From assembly GCF_963921235.1 (NCBI RefSeq), contig NC_086097.1, forward strand, positions 241,616,001 to 241,680,000: DNA of 64,000 nucleotides. The letters run 5' to 3'. This stretch comes from Mobula hypostoma. Its lineage: Eukaryota. Under the pieces are notes generated by a model. The model saw only the letters and a program-made list of their open reading frames with translations, ran no database searches and was not told the DNA's origin. Of the stretch, positions 1 to 11,290 are shown one piece after another; the first letter of the stretch is position 1, and each line of letters opens with the position of its first letter. Both the position numbers and the translations under genes were made by a program.

Positions 1-921
1 TATATACCTCTATCAAATCTCCCCTCATTCTTCTACGCTCCAGGGAATAAAGTCCTAACCTATTCAACCTTTCCCTGTAACTCAGTTTCTCAAGTCCTGG
101 CAACATCCTTGTAAACCTTCTCTGCACTCTTTCAACCTTATTAATGTAGCCCCCTGGTAAGCCTCAGGCTCGCTCAGCTCGCTTTCGTCTAGGGGAAGCA
201 GCCTTCGGCCCCGCTAAACTGGGTAATCAAGTTTGTGTGGATGCTGTGTGATGTACCCCACACCGCCAAATAACAGACAGTACACCATATGAGATTAAAT
301 GATTACACTTTATAGATCTTACTGGAACGATGTAATTAATAGAGATAAAATATAAAAGGAAAAGTAAAAGGCGCCAAACTTATCAGAGTTCAACCACTTC
401 GTGCACAACTGTTGGAGCTCATTGAATGGGGTCTTCTTTCCACCATGCGATCTCCTCCAACCCCCTCGACCCGCCGCCTGGGACCAACCACAGTGGTTGA
501 CCAGAGCACACCCAGAACGTCCTTCCTCTTCGGTTCTCCTCCCGAAAACTCTGGGCCTCGGACTCCCGCTCAGGGTCCGTCCTGGCACCCGGCTTACAGC
601 ATCGCGTCTCCTCTCTCTGTCTCCATCGCTCCTTCTGCCCAAAGCCCGCGAAAACAATAGCTTACAGACACACAAGAAAGAATAACATCTATCCCAATTG
701 GTTAGCAAATGAATACAATTCTCGTTATCAGTTATTATAACACAAAACAAGCTGCTAGAGAGAGAACCACTGTCTCAGCAGTTCACATCACAGAGAAGCC
801 ATTTTATTTTAACATAACAAAGAGCCATTTTATTCACCTTAGCAGTAACATGAAAGAAGAAATGCCTTACATTAATATCCTTCCTGTAATTTGGTGACCA
901 AAACTGCACACAATTCCTCTG
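1..921 (-). mobile_element. CR1-type LINE RT fragment (1-144 and 872-921), split by a solo LTR
   Basis: Reverse complement encodes the CR1 C-terminal RT region (ERVQRRFTRMLPG...GLYSLERRRMRGDLIEVY). Sequence reads through across the TTAA duplication at 141-144/872-875. Confidence 0.85.
145..871 (-). mobile_element. Solo LTR (TG...CA) with 4-bp TSD TTAA
   Basis: Starts TGTAGCC, ends CCTTACA, flanked by TTAA on both sides. Shares the 'ggtgtactgtc...atcacacagcatccacacaaac' block with the LTR at 1796-2993, in opposite orientation. Confidence 0.8.
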
Positions 922-1192
922 CATAGAAACATAGAAAATAGGTGCAAGAATAGGCCATTCAGCCCTTCAAGTCTGCACCGCCATTCAGTATGATCATGGC
1001 TGATCATCCAACTCAGAACCCAGTACCAGCCTTCCCCCCATATCCCCGATCCCTTTAGCCACAAGGGCCATATCTAACTCCCTCATCCCTTTAGCCACAA
1101 GGGCCATATCTAACTCCCTGATCCCTTTAGCCACAAGGGCCATCTCTGACTCCCTCATCCCTTTAGCCACAAGGGCCATATCTAACTCCCTC
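922..1192 (-). mobile_element. 5'-truncated CR1 3' end (young subfamily) with (TTTCTATG)n tail and 4 x 36-bp tandem at the truncation point
   Basis: Tail 'catagaaacatagaaa'; 3'UTR matches 24367-24460; ORF track shows RELDMALVAKG repeated four times. Confidence 0.85.
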
Positions 1193-1493
1193 GTGATGCT
1201 GCCTGATCTGCTGAGTTCCTCCCGCATGTTGTGTGTGTTTCTATACATAAATAAAGACTGACAAATGGGCAAAAGAAGACAAATTGTGCAAATATAAATA
1301 TATAAAAATAATACTGAGAAGCTGAGTTGTAGATTCCTTGAAAGGCATTCAGTAGGTTATGGAAGCAGTTCACGGTTAAGGTGATGGCTATTCAAAACCC
1401 AGGTAAAAACTACGCTTCAGTGAAGCCTTTGCTATACAAAGGCAGGAACTGGCCTTTTCAGCTCACAATCAGAATCAGGATTAATTTTTTTGG

Positions 1494-1727
1494 TAAGGGA
1501 GTCTAAGACCAGGGGTCACAGCCTCAGAATAGTTGAATGACCATTTAGAATGGAGATGAGGAGGAGTTTCTTTAGTCAAAGAGTGGTGAATCTGTGTAAT
1601 CTGTTGCCACAGGTGGCAACACATTTAAGGCAGAGGTTGATAGATTCTTGATTAGTCACGGCATGAAGAGATATGGGGAGAAGGCAAGAGATTGGGACTG
1701 AGAGGAAAGTGGCCTAATTCTGCTTCT
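1494..1727 (+). mobile_element. Degenerate CR1 3' fragment
   Basis: 'ggggtcacagcctcagaata...gagtggtgaatctgtg' CR1 ORF2 C-terminus motifs. Confidence 0.7.
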
Positions 1728-1795
1728 AGATATTATAGCACTGGCATAAGTCATGAAATTTGTTGTTTTGCAGCAGCAGTACAGGGTAATATATA

Positions 1796-2993
1796 TGTAA
1801 CACCCTGGGAGAGGTTTCACTGCTAATGTAATGGTCTTTCTGTAGAAGCAGTGTTTGGGCTATGATTAGAGATAACGGGTGCTTTGGAATGTGAACCGTC
1901 AAACACCGGGAGTGTGTTTCCGTGCCGTGTGCCTGACACCAGGGTGATTTGGGTCTTTTGTTCAGGGGGAGACGAAGAGAGCAGACACTGGAGCAGAGCC
2001 ATGACCTGACGAAGGCCGGTAGATCGAAAGAGGATCGGCAAAGGGGAAACTTGTGCGCATTAGACGCTTTCATTAAAATGGGCCCTTTTCTTTTTGTTTT
2101 TCTTTACTAACCCTTTAGTCAAATTAAGAATTCTAAAGCTAAGTCGTTTAATTGCATCTCAAACCATAAAATATAGGAGCAGGAGTAGGCCATTCGACCC
2201 ATTGAGTCTGCTCCACCATTTAATCATGGGCTGATCCAGTTCATCCAGTCATCCCCACTCCCCTGCCTTCTCCCCATACCCTTTGATGCCCTGGCTAATC
2301 AAAAACCTATCTATCTCTGCTTTAAATGTACCCAATGACTTGGCCTCCACAGCCGCTCATGGCAACAAATTCCACAGATTTACCACCCTCTGACTAAAGT
2401 AATTTCTCCACATTGTTGATCTAAATGGACGTCCTTCAATCCTGAAGTCATGCCCTCTTGTCCTGGACTCCCCTACTATGGGAAATAACTTTGCCATATC
2501 TAATCTGTTCAGGCCTTTTATCATTTGGAATGTTTCTATGAGATCCCCCTCATTCTCCTGAACTCCAGGGAATACAGCCCAGGAGCGGCCAGACGTTCCT
2601 CGGGTGTGGTGTACTGTCCGTCATTTCGTGGTACTGACTTTGTAACAGGGTAGCAAATCACACAGCATCCACACAAACAGGAGGTTGTGCACCTCAATTT
2701 CACATGTTTGGTGGGGCCAGACGTCGACTCAGGCCTGAGAGTCCAGCGTCGGGCATTTTCATGCCTTACAAGGCGGGGATCCGAAGGCCGTGTGGGGCTC
2801 CTCTCCTCGCACGGACATTTCGCAATGCAGTATTTTTCTTTATTTTACGAGGTCGCGTTGCGAGCTCAACGCTCAACCCGACACGGATGGAGAGCGTACT
2901 CGGAAACGGCCCGACTAGATTCGAAGCCGGGAATCTCCGTTCTGGAGTCCAGCGCGGATGTCACTGCGCCACCAGCCGACCCTGAGGGTTACA
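1796..2993 (+). mobile_element. Solo LTR (TGTAAC...GTTACA, TSD TATA) interrupted by a CR1 3' fragment
   Basis: 6-bp terminal inverted repeat TGTAAC/GTTACA; TATA at 1792-1795 and 2994-2997; sits in an older repeat that resumes at 2994. Confidence 0.8.
2161..2601 (-). mobile_element. 5'-truncated CR1 3' end nested in the solo LTR
   Basis: Reverse complement matches the 3' end of the CR1 at about 33140-33596 (same subfamily). Confidence 0.85.
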
Positions 2994-3654
2994 TATATAT
3001 ATTTTTTTTTAAATTAAGTTAAGTTTGTAGTATAAAAACAGAGCCAAAAAATAGTGAGGTAATGTTCATAGGTTGGCTTGTTGTCCATTTAGAAATCTGA
3101 TGGCAGAGGGATGTTCCTGAACTGTTGAGAGTGTATCTTCAGGCTCCTGTTCCTCCTTTCTGATTGCAGCTATGAGAAGAGGGCATGTTCTGGGTGATGA
3201 AGCTCTTTAATGACAGATGCCGCTTTTTTGAGATTTACAGCCTTGCAAATGAGGGAAGCAGAGTTCATTTTAAATCATTTGCATTCTAACATACTGAATT
3301 TGTAGGTAATTTTAAGAGATTGGAAGTGTTCCATTCCAATTAGGTGATGAGTCACTGTGTAAGAGTGCGGTGATGTTTTGACAACCTTCAGCTACTGTAT
3401 TTTACATTCGTGCTGTGGCGGCTTGGGAAAGTGGATGCAGGATAGGCAGAGTAAGACGTGGCATACACACAGCTCTGGAGAGTTTGCATGTGACTTGCTC
3501 TTCCTTGGAAGTTCTGCTGACAGTTCACTTCAGCCAAATGGAAATTGCAAGTGTGATTCATCACCGCTCGGGAAGACACTGCTTTGCTGGCAGCTCCACC
3601 CAGGACAATTAAAAGAGCAGCCCATTTCCAAGGAAAGGCACCGGTCTGACTCAC

Positions 3655-3720
3655 CCAATCCAGCTCATGGTGGGCTAGGCCAGAACAGCAGAGCAGAGCT
3701 TGGTCGCTTCTTAGTGTGGC
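3655..3720 (-). other. Candidate host-gene exon (66 nt), likely exon 2
   Basis: Acceptor gtacttttccccAG, donor GTGAGT. Contains Kozak-like cccaccATG (MSWI...), and is also open in phase 0 (ATLRSDQALLCCSGLAHHELDW). Confidence 0.55.
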
Positions 3721-3779
3721 CTGGGGAAAAGTACCCACTCAGGACAACAAAGACTTTTTCGGGTTTTATTTCCTTTATC

Positions 3780-4070
3780 GGTTTTCGATGTTTAAGTGCC
3801 AGATGAGGGTCGCGAAACAAAACGAAGCAGCGTTGATTTCTTCACTCGTGGAAATCTTTCCTCACCATGTCCAGCCTCAGGAGGAGCCCAAATTCCAGCA
3901 CCTTACCACATCTTCAGCAGAAAGCAAAATGGTCTTCCCACTGTCCCGCATGTGCGTAATGACATCACCGTCTCCCTTAAAGGCACAGACAACTATTCTG
4001 CGTTACCCGGATGGATGCCTAAGTACACTTTTAACGATACTGAATAAGATCCGACGGTCACCCGGTTACA
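3780..4070 (-). promoter_or_regulatory. CpG-rich putative promoter / first exon
   Basis: Local CpG enrichment in non-repeat DNA; CRE-like TGACATCA (3960-3967), NRF1-like CGCATGTGCG and YY1-like AAAATGG motifs. Minus-strand donors ATG|GTGAG (exon end 3866) and TG|GTAAGG (3907). Confidence 0.5.
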
Positions 4071-4074
4071 TTAG

Positions 4075-4270
4075 CAACACACACATACTGCTGGAGGAAG
4101 TCAGCAGGCCAGGCAGCATCTTTGGGAAAGAGTAAACAGTGGAATTTTCGGGCCGAGACCTTTCAGCAGGACATGTTAACTCTTTTCCATAGATGTTGCC
4201 TGGCCTGTTGAATTCCTGCGGCATTTTGTGTGTGTTGCTTTGGATTTCTAGCATCTGCAGATTTCCTTGC
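4075..4270. mobile_element. Inverted pair of Penelope-derived terminal repeats with degenerate hammerhead motif
   Basis: 4076-4121 is an inverted repeat of about 4191-4237; minus strand reads gtcCTGCTGAaaggtctcggcccGAAA. Confidence 0.7.
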
Positions 4271-5558
4271 GTTTTTGGTAGCTTCTTGATTAGTAAGGCT
4301 GTCAGAGTTTACGGGGAAAAGGCAAGAGAATCGGGTTGACAGGGATAACAACTCAGCCATGATGGAATGGCAGAGCAGACTCGATGGGCTGGATGGTCTA
4401 ATTCTGTTCCTATGCCTTATGGCTATGACTTACAATAGTTTTCATTTCACATCTTGGATGATAATCATCTGTCTTTAGAGGAAGAATAACTTGTGGTAAG
4501 AGGAACTCCCTTAATCACTTTATCACATTGCACTACTGCATACCCGCATTACAGCCTCGCCCTGATTTGCTTTGGAAGAAAGTCACACCAGATATGAACT
4601 GACCACTGGGATTAAACGGGGTTGTATATGACACAGCCTTCCCTCCTTGAAATACTCCCCTTGCCACTTTACACCTGGGCTCTGGCACCAGATGGTCAAA
4701 GAAAGTCCATTTCTAGCCAGTCAGTGCTATGAAAGAGAATGCTTGCTTGATTGTCCAAGCCTATTGTGAGATAGGGCATTGAGAACAACTCAGGAGAAAT
4801 GAGAAAGATCAAAGGCCTGGAAATAGCAATGTGAAACATGATGTATTCAGCACTTTGTGCCCGAAAATCATTTATTTTTGTTGTGGAATGTGATTATTAA
4901 CATTTGTGAAGTTTAGAGAACTTTCCATTGAACAGTGTCCAGAATATTAGGTCACACTGCCCCCAAGGTGTGCCTGTAACAGGCACTTCAGAATAAATAT
5001 TATTCATTGTTCTATTTACAGGGAATATAATGAACTGATCATAGCTCTAGGATAATGTAAGGTAAACACTTTAAACTTGCTCTCCTCTGATCCTGACCTC
5101 AGTGCTGACCTGCGGCCCTGCATTGGTTGGGGTCAATGATGGACGTTGCGTTCCAACTGTCTACATGATATGCAGACCAGTACGTAAGTGAGAGCAGTAC
5201 GATATGGAGAGTAAGCTGTCCCATGCTGACCTTACTCATTCACTGTTTCCTGACAAACTTACCGGTCCCTCCCCTCGCCTATCATCTGTCAGCTTGTACT
5301 CCCTGGCTTCCCTTACACTGCTAATGAAGCGTCTCAGCACGAAAAGTCAGCTGTTTATTCCTCTCTATTGATGCTGCCAGACCTGTCGAGTTCCTCCAGC
5401 AATTTTAGTGTGTTGCATCCATTTTGGTTCATGCAAAGTTCAAAGTTTTTTTAAAAGACTCAAAGTAAATGTATTATAAAAGTTCATATGTGTCACCATA
5501 TACAACCCTGAGATTATTTTCTTATGGGCATACTCAATAACTCCATAATAGTAGAGTA

Positions 5559-6057
5559 GAGCTACTAGGACTTGATGTTTCAATCCCTGTGGTAAGTTGG
5601 CACTCTTGATGTTGGCAGCGGGTTTGGAGTGGTGACAAGGAGGGAGGGTAGGTACGTCATCGGGGTCATCAGGTGGGCACCCTCCTTCTTTGACGTTTCG
5701 TTGATAAGCCCACGACGTCTCCAGAGGGCTCAACAGTGCTACGTGGCATCCCAGATACACCCCCCTCAGTTCCATACCCTCCTGTCTTCACCTTGCAGCC
5801 CAGTTGTTGTCTTTCCTTTTAATCCAAATCCAATTGCTGCTTTCTTCTGCTGCATTTGACAAGGACTTGATTGCTTGTTGGAGGGAGTGACCCCTCACCC
5901 CCATCTACTTCAATAGACTGGTCATAGATGTAGCAACGAATCCCCTGCATCCCACTTCTACTTGGAAAATCTTGGTCTTCCAGCCATTCTGGGCAGTTTC
6001 AGTTGCCAGTTCAGAATACTTGGTCTTTTTCCTCTCATAAGCTTCTTCGAAACCATC
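5559..6057 (-). mobile_element. 5'-truncated RLE-type non-LTR retrotransposon (Hero clade) 3' end
   Basis: DGFEEAYERKKTKYSELA...GWKTKIFQVEVGCRGF is the restriction-like endonuclease signature, followed by ...SNAAEESSNWIWIKRKD. TSD TAGAGTA at 5552-5558 and 6058-6064. Confidence 0.75.
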
Positions 6058-6630
6058 TAGAGTAATAACCATAACAGAATCAGTGAAAGACCACACCAAC
6101 TTTGGCATTTGACCAGTGTGTAAAAGAAAACAAACTGCAAATACAAAAAGAAAGAATAATAATAATAAATAAATAAATAAGCAATAGATATCGAGAACAT
6201 GTCATGAAGACTCCTTGAGAGTGTGTCCAAAGTTTCTGAGAACATTTCAATGATGCGGCAAGTGAAGTTGAGTAAAGTTACTCCCTTTGGTTCAGGAGCC
6301 TGATGACTGAGGGGTAATAACTGCTCCTGAATCCGGTGGTGTGAGAGTTGAGGCCCCTGTACCTTCTTCCGTGAGGAGGGAGGTGGGGTCCCTGATGATG
6401 GATGATGCTTTCCTGTGACAGCTTATCAACTGTGTTACGGACAAATTAATGCAGAACAAAGTGTGGGGGTGAGCGCTCTCCAGCCTCCTGCCCATGATGC
6501 AAGACACAGCCAGAGCCTGGGTATGAGAACACAAATGGTACACCAACAATTCGATGCCCGCTGTATTCGTGCCATTGAGGAAAACCAACTATTCAAGCAA
6601 TTCATGGGTTGTTGTTCACTCCTACATCAC

Positions 6631-8131
6631 GGTATGGAAGTTGTCCTGTCCAAGACCGAAAGAAGCTGCAGAAGATCGTGAACACAGCCCAGCACATCAC
6701 ACAAACCAATCTTCTGTCCTTGGACTCACTTTACACCGCACGCTGTCGGAGCAGTGCTGCCAGGATAATCAAGGACACGACCCACCCAGCCAACACGCTT
6801 TTCGTCCCTCTTCCCTCCGGGAGAAGGCTCAGGAGCTTGAAGACTCATACGGCCAGATTTGGGAACAGCTTCTTTCCAACTGTGATAAGACTGCTGAACG
6901 GATCCTGACCCGGATCTGGGCTGTACCCTCCAAATATCCTGGACCTGCCTCTCGGTTTTTTTGCACTACCTTACTTTCCATTTTCTATTTTCTACTTATG
7001 ACTTATAATTTAAATTTTTAATATTTACTATCGATTTGTACTTCAGGGAGCGGGAAGCGCAGAATCAAATATCGCTATGATAGAAACATAGAAAATTGGT
7101 GCAGGAGTAGGCCATTCAGCCCTTCAAGCCTGCATCGCCATTTATTATGATCATGGCTGATCATCCAACTCAGAACCCTGCACCAGCCTTCCCTCCATAC
7201 CCCCTGATCCCCGTAGCCACAAGGGCCATATCTAACTCCCTCTTAAATATAGCCAATGAACTGGCCTCAACTGTTTCCTATGGAAGAGAATTCCACAGAT
7301 TCACCACTCTCTGTGTGAAGAAGTTTTTCCTAATCTCAGTCCTAAAAGGCTTCCCGTTTATCCTCAAACTGTGACCCCTCGTTCTGGACTTCCCCAACAT
7401 CAGGAACAATCTTCCTGCATCTAGCCTGTCCAATCCCTTTAGGATTTTATACGTTTCAATCAGATCTCCCCTCAATCTTCTAAATTCCAACGAGTACAAG
7501 CCCAGTTCATCCAGTCTTTCATCATATGAAAGTCCTGCCATCCCAGGAATCAATCTGGTGAACCTTCTTTGTACTCCCTCTATGGCAAGGATGTCCTTCC
7601 TCAGATTAGGGGACCAAAACTGCACACAATACTCCAGGTGTGGTCTCACCAAGGCCTTGTACAACTGCAGTAGTACCTCCCTGCTCCTGTACTCGAATCC
7701 TCTCGCTATAAATGCCAGCATACCATTCGCCTTTTTCACCGCCTGCTGTACCTGCATGCCCACTTTCAATGACTGGTGTATAATGACACCCAGGTCTCGT
7801 AGCACCTCCCCTTTTCTTAATCGGCCACCATTCAGATAATAATCTGTTTTCCTATTTTTGTCACCAAAGTGGATAACTTCACATTTATCCACATTAAATT
7901 GCATCTGCCATGAATTTGCCCACTCACCCAACCTATCCAAGTCACCCTGCATCCTTTTAGCATCCTCCTCACAGCTAACACTGCCGCCCAGTTTCGTGTC
8001 ATCCGCAAACTTGGAGATGCTGCATTTAATTCCCTCATCCAAATCATTAATATATATTGTAAACAACTGGGGTCCCAGCACTGATTGTACACTCTAGTAT
8101 CAATTATTTGGCGACAATGAAGTATAAAGTA
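6631..8131 (+). mobile_element. 5'-truncated Rex1/Babar LINE 3' end (6631-7080 and 8082-8131)
   Basis: Near-identical to 59800-60304 (YGSCPVQDRKKLQKIV...SFFPTVIRLLN); split by a CR1 insertion. Confidence 0.85.
7081..8083 (-). mobile_element. 5'-truncated young CR1 (RT C-terminal half)
   Basis: 267-aa ORF with FADD RT motif; (TTTCTATG) tail; near-identical to 23460-24460. Confidence 0.95.
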
Positions 8132-8300
8132 TGGGTGATCAAACTATATGCCATCACATTTCTGAACAGTCCATGAAACCATGAACACTACCTCACTAAT
8201 TTGCTCTGTTTTCTGCACAATTTATTTATTTCTTATGTATCGGTATTGTAATTTATGCACTGCAATGTCCTGCTGTTGCAAAACTACAGATTTCACGACC

Positions 8301-8422
8301 TACACCGAGTGGCCTCTTTATTAGGTACACCTGTACACCTGCCATTAATGCAAATATCTAATCAGCCAATCACGTGGCAGCAACTCAATGCATAACAGCA
8401 TGCAGACATGGTCAAGAGGTTC
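8301..8422 (+). mobile_element. Tc1-like DNA transposon left-end fragment
   Basis: Matches the left end of the element at 35419-35915. Confidence 0.7.
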
Positions 8423-8715
8423 GGCCTTTTATTTGTCTTCTGCCGCCATCAGCAAGCTGAGTCTTACTACTTCATTATTTAATGTTACATGCATCTCAGA
8501 GTTCCTCATACCATTGGGGTGTGCACTGGAACTAATGTGGGTGTCACTGTATGTTCTGGAATCTTTTGAAAGATCAAAAGAAAACTACCGATACAGATTA
8601 TACAACTGCGCATCAAACTTTGAGCTGTAAAAATCATATCAGTGCTAAATTAAGTTAACAAAGTCTATCACAATTTTAAAACTTCACAACAGTGAATCAT
8701 TTCAGGACACTTAGC

Positions 8716-9218
8716 TAGAATCATAGTCATAGAAAACGTACGGCACAGAAATGATGGCCCATCTAGTCCATGCCAAAACCATTTAAACTGCCTACTCCCA
8801 TTGACCTGCAGCGGGACCATAGCCCTCCATTTCCCTGCTATCCATGTACCTATCCAAACTTTGCTTAAACATTGAAATCGAACTTGCATGCACCACTTAT
8901 GCTGGAAGTTCATTCCACACTCTCATGACCCTCTGAGAGAAGAAATTTCCCTCATGTTCCCCTTAAGCTTTTCATCTTTCACCCTTAACTCATGACCTCT
9001 GGTTCTAGTCCCACCCAACCACAGTGGAAAAAGCCTGCTTGATTTACCCTATCCATACCCTTCATAATTTTGTATACCTCCATCAAATCTCCTCTCAATC
9101 TTCTATGTTCTAAGGAATAAAGTCCTAACCTATTCAATCTTCCCTTATAACTCAGGTCCTCCAGTCCCAGGAACAGCCTTGTGAATCTTCTCTGTACCTT
9201 TCAACCCGATTTACATCT
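8716..9218 (-). mobile_element. Degenerate CR1 3' fragment
   Basis: CR1 ORF2 C-terminus and 3'UTR on the minus strand. Confidence 0.8.
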
Positions 9219-9999
9219 TTTAAACTGAATGAATCACTTCAGGACACTAAGCAATTTTAAGACTGAATTTAAACATTGTAAATGGATTCTAAATGCTACA
9301 AAGTTCCTACTCACCACTATTCACCGAGTTAAATGCTTCAGTTACACGAACTGTCAAGCCTGCACATAACTACAGCATACATCTTCATCAGGCAACCTTG
9401 GAGCATAAACCCTTCAATCATTCCTTACTTCAAAGATATCAAAGCTGCCAGATAGATACCTAACATCAAACGTTCTCTGCTGCTCCAGGACAAAGAACAC
9501 TGTCTCAATTGACAAGAGCCTGTCAGCAGGACATTCGCTGAAATTATGATCAGTGACTGAGAATTATTTGTATGTCAAACACAGTTGTCTGACACAGGAA
9601 AAATCAAACTGCCTTGTCTTGACAGGGATGGTCTACAAGCAATTAACGTATGCAGAAGCAAGCTTCCCTCTTCAAAGTCACATTCTGGTTTGGACTTGAG
9701 TCCTCTGCCCCTCACTAAGACAGAAGGGCAAAAGACACAGAGAGCAGTCGACCAAGAGCCAGATTCAGAGTTGTTCTAGTCAATTGTCATGTCCTTGACT
9801 TGGTGGCAGAGTACTCATGCTGAGTGACAAGGAAATGGGTTTAAGGAACAGTCCACGGTAACGAGCACTTAACCCTGCCACTTAGCATTGCTCTGGGCCC
9901 CTGCATGTTGTCAGGTGCCATCTAGCAGGTAAGATGGGGAATCTTCTGCCCTCTCCACTCAATGTAAATAATTTCGAGAAAAGAATAAAAGCCGCATCT

Positions 10000-10375
10000 T
10001 TTTCTCCTGCTGGATCCCCTCCCTTCCCTCTTCTTCTATTCCCCACTATGGCCTATTAACTCTTTTTCTCACCTGCCTATCACCTCCCACCTTCTTCCCT
10101 TTCTCCTGTGGTCCACTCCCCTCTCCAATCAGGTTACTTCTTCTCCAGCCCCTTACCTTTCTTACCCACCTGGCTTCACCTATCACCTTCTAGCTAGTCC
10201 TCCTTCTCCTCCCCCCACCTTTCAAATTCTGGCATCTTCTCCCTTCCTTTCCAGTTCTGAAGAATGGTCTCCGCGCAAAAACATCGACCGTTTATTCATT
10301 TCCATAGCCGAGTTCCTCCAGCAGTTTGTCAGTGTTACTCTGGATTTCCAGCATCTGCAGAATCTCTTGTATTTA
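10000..10375 (+). mobile_element. Penelope-derived terminal repeat (pyrimidine-rich body, degenerate hammerhead)
   Basis: Homologous to 27190-27576. Confidence 0.6.
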
Positions 10376-10619
10376 TGGTGGGCATGCTATGTTAGGACCG
10401 GCATGCGAGGCAATACTTGCAGGCTGCCCCAGCACATCTTTGTGTGTGGTGTTTGTTAAAGCAAACGGCGAATATCACTGTATGTTTCAGAGTACATGTG
10501 ATAAATAATTACGAAGTTGTTCCAGTATCCTAAACACTGATATTTCAACATATTATTTTTCAAAATTGTTTTGTGTTCCCAAATGGAACATTAAGCAATT
10601 CCTTTTTTTAAAAAAAAAA

Positions 10620-10915
10620 GTAGTGCAGCATTACAACACTAGTGAAGATCGATCAGGGTTTAATTCCTGCCGGTGTCTGTAAGGAGTTTGTACTTTTTCT
10701 CTGTGATTGCGTGGGTTTCCTCCGAGTGCTCCAGTTTCCTCCCACAGTCCAAAGTTGTATGGTTAGGTAAATTGTATGGTAAATTGTGGGCATGTGCTAA
10801 GTTGGCAGTAGAAGCAAGGTGACCCGGGCTGCCCAGCACAGTCTTCACTGACTTGATGAGATGCAAACAACACACTTCACTATATGTTTCAATGCACTTG
10901 TGACAAATAAAGCTA
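10620..10915 (+). mobile_element. V-domain SINE (HE1-like)
   Basis: V-domain 'gggtttcctccgagtgctccagtttcctcccacagtccaaag'. Further copies near 36370-36600 (-), 42760-42945, 48140-48355, 54680-54858 and 55210-55450 (-). Confidence 0.65.
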
Positions 10916-11290
10916 ATTTTTAACATCAGAGGACACAGTATTAGAGAGCTGTTTTGGCTGTTGGTTCTCAGTTGAGAACTACAGTCTCCTCCTGACTTCG
11001 GACTTGATGAACTCCAATATTGTGAACCTAACAAAGAACATACAAGCTATTACAAGGATCTACCCTTCAGCGATAATGATCAGGGAGGCACAGACAATCT
11101 GTAATTGGGAACAAGTATCTTTACTGTTTCAATGGAAGAACACACGAACTTACACAGCTGCACAGGAGATTTACAAGGATGTTGCCTGGATTGGAGGGCG
11201 TACCTTATTAGAATAGGTTGAGTGACCTCGGCCTTTTCCCCTTGGGGCGACAGAGGATGAGAGGTGACCTGATAGAGGTTGTTGACCTGA

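Noticed and set aside
145..871. piggyBac element suggested by the TTAA TSD
   Set aside because: Ends are TG...CA without CCY-type TIRs, and it shares sequence with another LTR-like element.
1049..1192. 36-bp repeats resembling a CRISPR array
   Set aside because: Head-to-tail with no spacers, derived from CR1 ORF2, eukaryotic context.
9913..9930. CTCF-like motif ggtgccatctagcagg
   Set aside because: Single imperfect short match; cannot be supported from sequence alone.
10985..11104. Plus-strand protein-like frame SPPDFGLDELQYCEPNKEHTSYYKDLPF
   Set aside because: Weak acceptor, no recognisable homology, competing frames on both strands.
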